Source of the DNA: an uncultured Methylophilaceae bacterium
GTDB lineage: Bacteria > Pseudomonadota > Gammaproteobacteria > Burkholderiales > Methylophilaceae
Reading direction: 5' to 3'
Length of the DNA: 38,830 nt
Assembly: GCA_964484985.1 (NCBI GenBank)
Contig: CAZAHP010000001.1
Span: forward strand, 1-38,830
Shown piece after piece: positions 28,841 through 35,820 of the stretch. Every line of letters starts with the position of its first letter. The first letter of the stretch is position 1. The notes under the pieces are model-generated. The model was not told the origin of the DNA and made no database searches. It was given only the letters and a program-made list of their open reading frames with translations. Made by a program: the position numbers and the translations under genes.

Positions 28841-29065
28841 CTCCTAAATATATAAAAAGGGAGCACCACCCCGAATGGGCAGTGAACTCCCCATTGGGTT
28901 AATACAAACTTCATGTAATCCTAGGTATTGCTACCCGTTGTTTTCAAGGACTGAACAACTTTAAAGCAACACTTACGGTGTTAATCGAGCTGTAACTGAC
29001 AGCTAACAGTGAAAACGTTTAATGGCTTTCTAAAAAACACATCTATTTGTGTACTTTAGAAAGCC
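28841..29065 (-). ncRNA. long structured leader element J
   Basis: P4 is GGUA-GCAA-UACC (compensatory relative to C/F/H). T2 is GGCUUUCUAAA/UUUAGAAAGCC. Confidence 0.75.
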
Positions 29066-29397
29066 CCCAGGGCAACCCTAGAGACTGAAAGCCTGCACCA
29101 TCCAATCGTATTAGATCGTGACGCGTAATAGGCAACAAACGCGGATTTAGCGGCATGGCCGCAAACGGCGTGGAAGTCTAGGTCTCCACAACCCATAGAT
29201 TCAACTTAAGCATAACAGGAGTTGAAACCAGTGATATTGATCCGTGTGATCACAGAAAAATATCACTGGTTTCCGAATAGGGAAGACAAACTTTCGGTCT
29301 GTCTCGGGATTGAGTACAAGGTTCACGAGGCCCGTACAATTGCACCATTGAATAACGAGACGAAATTCATTCCAGTATGAATGGCAGAACTGGACAT
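29066..29397 (-). other. orphan GC-richer structured non-coding segment
   Basis: No credible ORF. 14-bp perfect stem 29224-29237/29260-29273. GUACGGG/CCUUGUAC helix (29314-29337) with G-U pairs only on the minus strand. Confidence 0.4.
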
Positions 29398-29535
29398 AAA
29401 GCAACACTTACGGTGTCAAACGCGCTAACTTAGCGAACGAGAAAATTATTCGGTGAATTTTGTTAGTTTGGGAACTTCACTTATGAGTTATCCCATAAGT
29501 GAAATCCCCAAGGGAGATTTCAAAAACCAGCTTTG
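29398..29535 (-). repeat. partial (distal-half) copy of the long element plus terminator-like hairpins after the DUF3577-like gene
   Basis: aaagcaacacttacggtgt (29398-29416) is identical to the P2 region of C/F/H/J. Followed by hairpins ttcacttat/ataagtgaa and atcccc/gggagat. Confidence 0.55.
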
Positions 29536-29537
29536 GC

Positions 29538-30407
29538 TTATTCAGCTTGGGCTAATTGAGTTTCATTTTCTTCAACTTGATTCGTGTTTTGCTCATTATC
29601 ATCGGCTTCAGAAGAAGCTAATGTTTCAGTAAGCAATGGGGTACGAACGCCATCTAAGAAAACTGCACTTATTGCGGTAAGAGCACCAATAAACTTAGCA
29701 CCTTTATCGCCAGCTTTATTAACACCAACATCTTTGGTATAAGTAAAATCAAATTTTTTGAGATTACTTACTTCAAAACGGGCAATAACTGCTGTTTCTT
29801 TACTGCTGATTTTTTGCAAGTGTTGCATGTTGCTAACTAAAGTTGTATCAATATCGCAGCTAATACGAGTGGTCTCAGCTTTAATACCTAAGTCTTTGTT
29901 ATATTCACCATGTAGCGCAGCTATAGAACAAGACATTGCGTTGGTTCTGAATGATCTAATATCATTAATATAACCAAAACCGAAAGTACCAAGTTTACGA
30001 GTATCATTAACAGGTAACTCTTCAAACGCACTGCCATTTACTGAGACATTAACTAAGTCCAATAAACGACCTTTAGCCATAAAACCTTTATCACCTTTTT
30101 GATGTTCACCAACGTCTTTATCATAAGTGAAATCGCTAATAGATAAATCACTTGCAATCCATTTAGCTTTAATTACAGCATTTTTATCAAAATGTGGCTT
30201 GATAAGCTCCAAAGCTTTAACAGCTTTAGTACTTACAGCAATCACATCAACTGATAAATCGCCAGAACGTAAAGTACAAGCATAAAAAGGTTTCCCTTTT
30301 GCTGGCTTAACCAAACGGATACGGTTAACGTAACCTTCGCTAATGTTTGTTAAATCAAAAAAGCGAGATTCGTTAGTTGTGTTAGTTGAAGTTGTAGTGT
30401 TAGTCAT
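29538..30407 (-). CDS. tandem-duplicated DUF3577-like protein (possible ssDNA-binding-type fold)
   Basis: FFDLTNISEGYVNRIRLVKPAKGKPFYAC resembles remembered DUF3577 N-termini. The internal repeat is marked by DFTYDKDVGEHQKGDKG and DFTYTKDVGVNKAGDKG. Acidic tail. Confidence 0.75.
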   Translation of the reverse strand: MTNTTTSTNTTNESRFFDLTNISEGYVNRIRLVKPAKGKPFYACTLRSGDLSVDVIAVSTKAVKALELIKPHFDKNAVIKAKWIASDLSISDFTYDKDVGEHQKGDKGFMAKGRLLDLVNVSVNGSAFEELPVNDTRKLGTFGFGYINDIRSFRTNAMSCSIAALHGEYNKDLGIKAETTRISCDIDTTLVSNMQHLQKISSKETAVIARFEVSNLKKFDFTYTKDVGVNKAGDKGAKFIGALTAISAVFLDGVRTPLLTETLASSEADDNEQNTNQVEENETQLAQAE

Positions 30408-30413
30408 GATGCT

Positions 30414-30596
30414 CTCCTAAATATAAAAAAAGGGGAGCATTACCCGATTGGGAAATGAACTCCCCAATGGGTTAAAACTAAACATAAAATGAAATCCTAG
30501 AGTTTGCACTCCGTCGTTTACAAGGACTGAACGACATTAAGGCGGTCATTTGCGTTAACCAAACGAACTGAAACTGACAGTCAACAGTGAAACTAA
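30414..30596 (-). ncRNA. long structured leader element K (most diverged copy)
   Basis: P4 GAGU-GCAA-ACUC, P3 GUCGUU/AACGAC, inner stem CAUU/AAUG; all compensatory relative to C. Confidence 0.7.
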
Positions 30597-30602
30597 GGCA
30601 GC

Positions 30603-30629
30603 TTAATAACGAAAAGCCAAACGAGTCAA
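30603..30629 (-). promoter_or_regulatory. weak sigma70-like promoter candidate upstream of element K
   Basis: Minus strand TTGACT-N15-TATTAA (spacer short, or TTTGAC-N16). Confidence 0.25.
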
Positions 30630-30694
30630 AGACTAATTAATGCAATACGCATTTTCCGCAAATAATTTTAGTTGTCAATAGTTAAACATTGTTT

Positions 30695-30961
30695 TTAGAC
30701 AAAATCCCGCTCGAAATTAAATGTTTTTAATTCCAACGCATGAACCCACTTCTCATCCATTTCCACATCAAAAAAGACGGTGTCACTGGTGGTATCATGA
30801 ACTGCCTCTGATTTAATTTCGTACAGCACTTTACGTTGCCAGCCTTCAGTTCCAACAATATGCACGCGACCTAATGTAGGGTGCATAGCTTCAAGGCCTA
30901 CTGCACCGATTAAAGTTGTTAAATCAATTTGATCCATTTCTACTTGTGAGTAATGTTCCAT
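30695..30961 (-). CDS. small hypothetical protein
   Basis: 88 aa; AAGGA SD; 3-nt gap to the upstream gene. Confidence 0.6.
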   Translation of the reverse strand: MEHYSQVEMDQIDLTTLIGAVGLEAMHPTLGRVHIVGTEGWQRKVLYEIKSEAVHDTTSDTVFFDVEMDEKWVHALELKTFNFERDFV

Positions 30962-30964
30962 TAT

Positions 30965-31162
30965 TTATCCTTTAGCTTTCTCAAATAATTTTAGAGTATC
31001 GTTAACCTTAGTAATCTCGGCCTTTGCTAGCCCTACTACTGATGCGGCTACCTCTACGCTACTGCCATGCACTAATACCAACCTAGCGGCTTCACTCAAT
31101 TGAAAGCTAAGCTTTCTGGAAAGTAGGCGTTTATCAAATTCTTCGTTTGTCAGTTTTATCAT
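30965..31162 (-). CDS. small hypothetical protein
   Basis: 65 aa, tightly packed in a 3-gene operon. Confidence 0.55.
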   Translation of the reverse strand: MIKLTNEEFDKRLLSRKLSFQLSEAARLVLVHGSSVEVAASVVGLAKAEITKVNDTLKLFEKAKG

Positions 31163-31166
31163 TATT

Positions 31167-31763
31167 TCAATTTTTATTAATTCCAGCCAGCATTTTAGCT
31201 CTTGTTAGCAACTCAGGTGATTCAAGCACAATACTAAGCGCACTTCTTACCATGTCATGACGTTTTGCTTCAGGTATATCCCACTGACGATAAAGTAATT
31301 TGTATAACTCGCCATTAATTGTGACCTGGATCACGCCACCACCACTCAGTGCTTTTCTTTTTTCACGTAAACGTTGCTGCCTGACAGCTGTTAAAAGTCG
31401 TTTGCGTTCTAGGCCAGCTCCCTTGTCATTCGCAGGAAAGTTTTCATCCAGCCATTGATTTGTCTGTGTAACCAGATTATCAAAGTATTCATCAGCGTTA
31501 AAGTTGAGTGATTTGTTACTGCTTTCTTTTTCCCATCCTTCAATCCATGACTTTTGTAATACCCGCCATGAAGCCCTCACCTCTGCAGCCACTGGGTCTG
31601 TAGGTCGATCTGCATCAAGTGCTAGGCCTACACGCTCTGACATTACAAATTTACTGAATGGATCACGCTCCTCTTCATCGAATCGCCTACTGATCCATTG
31701 AATTACGAACCAATAATTAGAGGTGTCATACAAATCTAAAATTGTAGATTGCTTACGTGCCAT
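31167..31763 (-). CDS. hypothetical protein (basic/helical)
   Basis: 198 aa, first gene after the palindrome-containing intergenic region. Confidence 0.65.
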   Translation of the reverse strand: MARKQSTILDLYDTSNYWFVIQWISRRFDEEERDPFSKFVMSERVGLALDADRPTDPVAAEVRASWRVLQKSWIEGWEKESSNKSLNFNADEYFDNLVTQTNQWLDENFPANDKGAGLERKRLLTAVRQQRLREKRKALSGGGVIQVTINGELYKLLYRQWDIPEAKRHDMVRSALSIVLESPELLTRAKMLAGINKN

Positions 31764-31850
31764 TACTTAGTTATTAACGTTATTATGTAACGCTTATGAT
31801 AATACAGTTATTCACCCCACGCAAGGCGTTACCATGTAACGGTTTTGTAT

Positions 31851-31881
31851 GTTCATTAATGTACACTGTACATTAATGAAC
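31851..31881. promoter_or_regulatory. perfect 15-1-15 palindrome (operator-like, or topB 3' hairpin)
   Basis: GTTCATTAATGTACA-C-TGTACATTAATGAAC between the topB stop and the 31763 operon. Nearby GTAACG/CGTTAC repeats at 31786, 31827 and 31835. Confidence 0.5.
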
Positions 31882-31931
31882 ATACTCTGGGGTCGCTTTT
31901 GTCTGTGAGTAAACGACCAATTACCTATATT

Positions 31932-34223
31932 TTAACTTTCTGGCCAAGCAAAAAATCGGCAAGTCGGAAACTGATCACAACCAATGTACGCTTTATTGTT
32001 TTCTTTAAACATGCGCCCGATCAGCTTACCTTTTTTACATTCAGGACACTCATCGCCAGCCTTAGCTTTTGGCTTGATCGGCTTACTTGAGACATGTGTG
32101 GGTGTTTGTTTTACTTGCTCAGGTGCTTTTTGTCCTGGCTTACCATTATCATCAGGCATGGTAGCTTTGCATTCTGGATAACCCGTACAGCCCCAAAATG
32201 CGCCACGTGGCCCTGTACGCTGCTTTAACGGTTTATGGCATATTGGACATGGGTATTTTAATTGCGCCTCTTCTGCATCATTTTTAGCCGCTTTTTGGTA
32301 GGTGTTTGTACTGACTGATCTACCTGAACTTGATTTAATGCTATAACTGCCCATATCACGCTTCATGCTGTCGGTGACATGCCTTAACCAATCACTTAAA
32401 TTGTTTTCAAACTGCAGTAAGGAAAGCTCACCTTTTTCTATTTGTGTCAGCTGCTCCTCCCACTGGGCAGTTAGCACAGGGTCGGCCAATTCAGGGGCTA
32501 TTTTTTCAATTAGCTCGATAAGCTCGTTCGCTTTATCTGAAGGTACAAGCTCTTTACCTTTGGCTGCAATGTAATCGCGTCTAAATAGACCTTCAATAAT
32601 AGATGAGCGTGTCGCGTCTGTACCTATCCCAGCTTTTTCCTTGTTTTTCATGATCTGCTTAAAGCGTGGGTCTTCGATTTCTTTATCGATGGACTCCATG
32701 GCCGCTAGCAAGGTGCCTTCTGTGTATCTTTTTGGCGGTGTGGTTGCCTTGGTCTGCAGCTCACATAAAATATTTAAGGCCGCATCACCCACATGCACTG
32801 CAGGTAACACCTGAGTTTCATCTTCTGCATCAACTTCCTTGGTTTTGTTAGGCTTTGTTGTTTCAGCTTTGTTACTTGAAAAAAGTACCTTCCACCCAGG
32901 ACTGGTAGTAACCTTGCCACTAACCCTAAATCGCTCACCACCACATTCAACTTTAATGATGGTTTTATCAAACAAATGACTACCTAAAAACTGCGCAATA
33001 TAGCGCCTGCAGACCATATCGTAAATGCGCGCCTCATCATCAGACATGGCGTTTTTATCTACATTGGCATTCATCGTTGGAATGATTGCATGGTGGGCAG
33101 TAATTTGCTTATCGTTGAATACTCTGGTTTTGAAACTCCCCTGCTTTAACTGCATTTGCGCGGTTTTAGCATAGGCCGATAGCATCTGGTTAGACTTACA
33201 AAGTACCTCTAGTGTAGTTTCGGCTTCTACCAGCATTGAATTAGGTAAATATTGACAGTCCGTTCTTGGGTAGCTGGTCGCTTTGTGTTTTTCATATAAG
33301 GCTTGAGCAGCATTTAACACGGATTGCGCTTTCATACCAAACCGTAATGAAGCTTCTTTTTGAAGTTCACCCAGGCTATATAACAAAGGCGCAACTTCTT
33401 GTTCTGCTGTTTTTTCCACAAAGCTTACTCTGCCTTGTTTTTTATCCACACTGAACCGTGCTGTATCAGCGTGTACACGATTGACCACATGTCCATCTGC
33501 ATCAAGTATCGTTGCATTAGGTTCCCATGTCATAGACACTTCAACTTGCTGCATCAGGAATTTAGTCGATAATCCATAATGTGTTTTTGGTACAAAATGC
33601 TTAATAGCCTTTTCACGTCTAACGATTAAGGCTAGTACAGGCGTTTGTACGCGGCCACAATGGAGCACTCCACCTTTACCACCCGAACCAAATGCACTTG
33701 TTAATGCCATGGTCATATTCATACCAGCTAACCAGTCCGCACGTGCTCGACCTAAGCCTGAATGATACATAGGCAACGTTTTTTCATTAGGCAGCAGTTT
33801 TGTCAGTGCTTTTTTTACTGAGGCATCATCAAGCGATGACAGCCATAATCTTGAAACTTTACCGCTATAGCCTGACATTTGCATCAACTCACGAGCGATC
33901 ACTTCGCCTTCACGATCAGCATCAGTGGCCACCACAATTTCTGAGGCTTTTTTTATCAATCCAGCCACTATTTTATATTGTGCTTTGGTTTTATCTTTGA
34001 CCTCTAAACGCCAATCAGTCGGCACCACAGGTAACAGATTGATGTCCCATGAGCTAAGTGCTGGGTTGTAGTGCTCAGGGTTGGCCAACTCGACTAAATG
34101 ACCTATCGCCCATGTCACCGTTACATCGCTGCCAGTAAAGCAACCATCACCGCGTGATCTGGCTCCTACATGAGGGGCAATATCTTTGGCTTGAGATGGT
34201 TTTTCGCAAAGGTATAATCTCAT
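31932..34223 (-). CDS. topB: DNA topoisomerase III with two C-terminal zinc ribbons
   Basis: TOPRIM N-terminus MRLYLCEKPSQAKDIA, active-site region SYPRTDCQYL, CPICHK..GCTGYPEC and CPECKKG..GCDQFPTC. Confidence 0.95.
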   Translation of the reverse strand: MRLYLCEKPSQAKDIAPHVGARSRGDGCFTGSDVTVTWAIGHLVELANPEHYNPALSSWDINLLPVVPTDWRLEVKDKTKAQYKIVAGLIKKASEIVVATDADREGEVIARELMQMSGYSGKVSRLWLSSLDDASVKKALTKLLPNEKTLPMYHSGLGRARADWLAGMNMTMALTSAFGSGGKGGVLHCGRVQTPVLALIVRREKAIKHFVPKTHYGLSTKFLMQQVEVSMTWEPNATILDADGHVVNRVHADTARFSVDKKQGRVSFVEKTAEQEVAPLLYSLGELQKEASLRFGMKAQSVLNAAQALYEKHKATSYPRTDCQYLPNSMLVEAETTLEVLCKSNQMLSAYAKTAQMQLKQGSFKTRVFNDKQITAHHAIIPTMNANVDKNAMSDDEARIYDMVCRRYIAQFLGSHLFDKTIIKVECGGERFRVSGKVTTSPGWKVLFSSNKAETTKPNKTKEVDAEDETQVLPAVHVGDAALNILCELQTKATTPPKRYTEGTLLAAMESIDKEIEDPRFKQIMKNKEKAGIGTDATRSSIIEGLFRRDYIAAKGKELVPSDKANELIELIEKIAPELADPVLTAQWEEQLTQIEKGELSLLQFENNLSDWLRHVTDSMKRDMGSYSIKSSSGRSVSTNTYQKAAKNDAEEAQLKYPCPICHKPLKQRTGPRGAFWGCTGYPECKATMPDDNGKPGQKAPEQVKQTPTHVSSKPIKPKAKAGDECPECKKGKLIGRMFKENNKAYIGCDQFPTCRFFAWPES

Positions 34224-34225
34224 GA

Positions 34226-34558
34226 CTAAACCTGACTTTCACGAATGTCTTTAGGCAACTTATTGAAATAGACAAAAGCAGCCCATAGCATGTAGCTACC
34301 TGCAATAAGGCCTACAATGGATCCACCAATGATAAGGTAACCTGTAATGGTCTTAAATTGCATCAATAAATCAGTAGAATCTGTCTTTAGGATAACTTGA
34401 CCTTGCATCAATAGATTGAACAAACCAAACGCCATTAATGCGATAACACTGAAGCTAATAAACCGCATTGCACTGCCAAAGAAATACAATGTTTTGTCCG
34501 CCAGCTCATTGACGGCTTCATCGTCCGTATCGATTAAATAAACCTGATAGATTTTCAC
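34226..34558 (-). CDS. small membrane protein
   Basis: 110 aa, 2-3 TM segments, 4-nt overlap with the upstream gene. Confidence 0.6.
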   Translation of the reverse strand: MKIYQVYLIDTDDEAVNELADKTLYFFGSAMRFISFSVIALMAFGLFNLLMQGQVILKTDSTDLLMQFKTITGYLIIGGSIVGLIAGSYMLWAAFVYFNKLPKDIRESQV

Positions 34559-34977
34559 TGATCTGCCTTTACCAGTGTCAGATCTCCATTCTCATCCAAG
34601 GTAGATTTCACAATATCACCGACTTGCAAACCATCAATAAACGGTGTGGTTTTGTAGCGTGCATTGAATTGATTGCCGTTATCCACTTTCTCCACCGCTA
34701 TTTCAGCAATGCCCTCAGTTTTTGTCGTCGCTTCGTTCACAAAAATGCTGGCCAAACTCGCTACCGCTGCTACAGCAACACCTCCTATACCGCCGCCTAC
34801 TTGCGCTCCTATCCCTGCTGCTTGGCCATTGCTATAGCCAGACGCGCCATGTGGATTTTTAATTGAAACAATTCGGACATTGGTGTTTGTTAGCTTGGCA
34901 GTGTTGGTCGCACACCCCGTCATCAGCACACTGCTAAATACGGTGGCCAACAGTAATTTTTTAGTGATGTTATTCAT
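34555..34977 (-). CDS. lipoprotein with glycine-zipper segment
   Basis: MNNITKKLLLATVFSSVLMTGC lipobox; GAQVGGGIGGVAVAAVA. Start moved to ATG 34977. Confidence 0.65.
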   Translation of the reverse strand: MNNITKKLLLATVFSSVLMTGCATNTAKLTNTNVRIVSIKNPHGASGYSNGQAAGIGAQVGGGIGGVAVAAVASLASIFVNEATTKTEGIAEIAVEKVDNGNQFNARYKTTPFIDGLQVGDIVKSTLDENGDLTLVKADQ

Positions 34978-35156
34978 ACAAAAACCTCTTTTTCTTATGT
35001 TGTGTCGTAAGCTTTTCGATGTCATTTTATTAGTTGGGGCTAGGCAGATTGTCTCTCATTAGCCAGTTCAATCACGATTGGGAAATTTCGGTCATAGACC
35101 TACTCTGTTACGTCCTCTACCGCGCAGCTTTTAGCGCTTACGCCCCCTAGTTAATA

Positions 35157-35438
35157 TCAGTTAGCAATCAAAGCCGCATCTTTCAACGCCTTAGCTATGG
35201 TAAACTTTGGCACACTTTTTGCTTTAAGCTCTAAAATAGCACCAGTCCTAGGATTTTTACCAGTTCGTGCAGCACGCACTTTTGTTGAAAACTTACCAAT
35301 TTTGTGGATGGTAACGTCTTGCTTGTCAGCTAATACACCGCATACAGTTTCACCTAGTGAAGCTAATACAGTTTTAATGAGGGTTTTGCTAATATTTGTG
35401 TCTTGGCTGATCGCCTCAACGAGTTCGTTGTGTGTCAT
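35157..35438 (-). CDS. HU/IHF-family DNA-binding protein
   Basis: MTHNELVEAIS...KIGKFSTKVRAARTGKNPRTG...VPKF. Start at ATG 35438. Confidence 0.85.
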   Translation of the reverse strand: MTHNELVEAISQDTNISKTLIKTVLASLGETVCGVLADKQDVTIHKIGKFSTKVRAARTGKNPRTGAILELKAKSVPKFTIAKALKDAALIAN

Positions 35439-35486
35439 GTTTGTTCCATATCCGTGCAATAATTTACAAGTATTTAATGGGTATAT

Positions 35487-35777
35487 CTATTCTTTAATCA
35501 TTAAGAAATAGATAATATTTCTGTTGTCTTTGTCATTACTGACAGCTGCCATGTGGTTCACTTTCCAGCCTTCTTTTGCCAGATCATTGAATTTGTACTG
35601 CTTTTCTTGCTTAAAATCGTCACCTTCACAAGCTACTGGCGAGTTCTTTACGCCCAATATGGCATTACCAAAGCTAGTTACCCCACTTTGTTTGCATATC
35701 ATGTATTCAGCGCTAAATGCTGTGCTAGAGGCCATGATGCCTACCACTGTTGCAATAACGGTCATTTTTATTTTCAT
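35487..35777 (-). CDS. small secreted protein
   Basis: Signal peptide MKIKMTVIATVVGIMASSTAFSA. Start at ATG 35777. Confidence 0.6.
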   Translation of the reverse strand: MKIKMTVIATVVGIMASSTAFSAEYMICKQSGVTSFGNAILGVKNSPVACEGDDFKQEKQYKFNDLAKEGWKVNHMAAVSNDKDNRNIIYFLMIKE

Positions 35778-35820
35778 TGCTTCAATACCTTTCAAATTTC
35801 ATTGATTTATTAAAAACTAC

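Noticed and set aside
29066-29407. Track ORF 29201..29407 (68 aa), and the idea of a retron or group II intron fragment.
   Set aside because: The ORF is Cys/Trp/Phe-rich with no SD and lies inside obvious hairpins. There is no reverse transcriptase gene nearby, and I found no recognisable intron domain V or msr/msd a1/a2 repeats.
20039-30596. The repeated intergenic elements as a CRISPR array.
   Set aside because: The repeats are 55-240 nt, imperfect and variable in sequence. They are separated by 0.2-2.4 kb protein-coding genes rather than 30-40-nt spacers, and no cas genes are present.
20039-30596. The repeated structured elements as integron attC sites (GGGTTAAAAC resembles a GTTRRRY core).
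   Set aside because: There is no matching inverse core (RYYYAAC) at the other end. The GTT-following bases do not fit RRRY in most copies. No intI or attI is in the window. The elements include the SD of the downstream gene rather than lying 3' of a cassette.
31851-31881. The TGTACA-containing palindrome as a LexA (SOS) box.
   Set aside because: It does not fit CTGT-N8-ACAG; the CTG has no CAG partner at the required spacing.
31984-34000. Plus-strand ORFs inside topB, and comparable antisense ORFs inside the helicase and methyltransferase genes (17871..19638, 22361..23304).
   Set aside because: They are antisense shadows of long, motif-supported genes.
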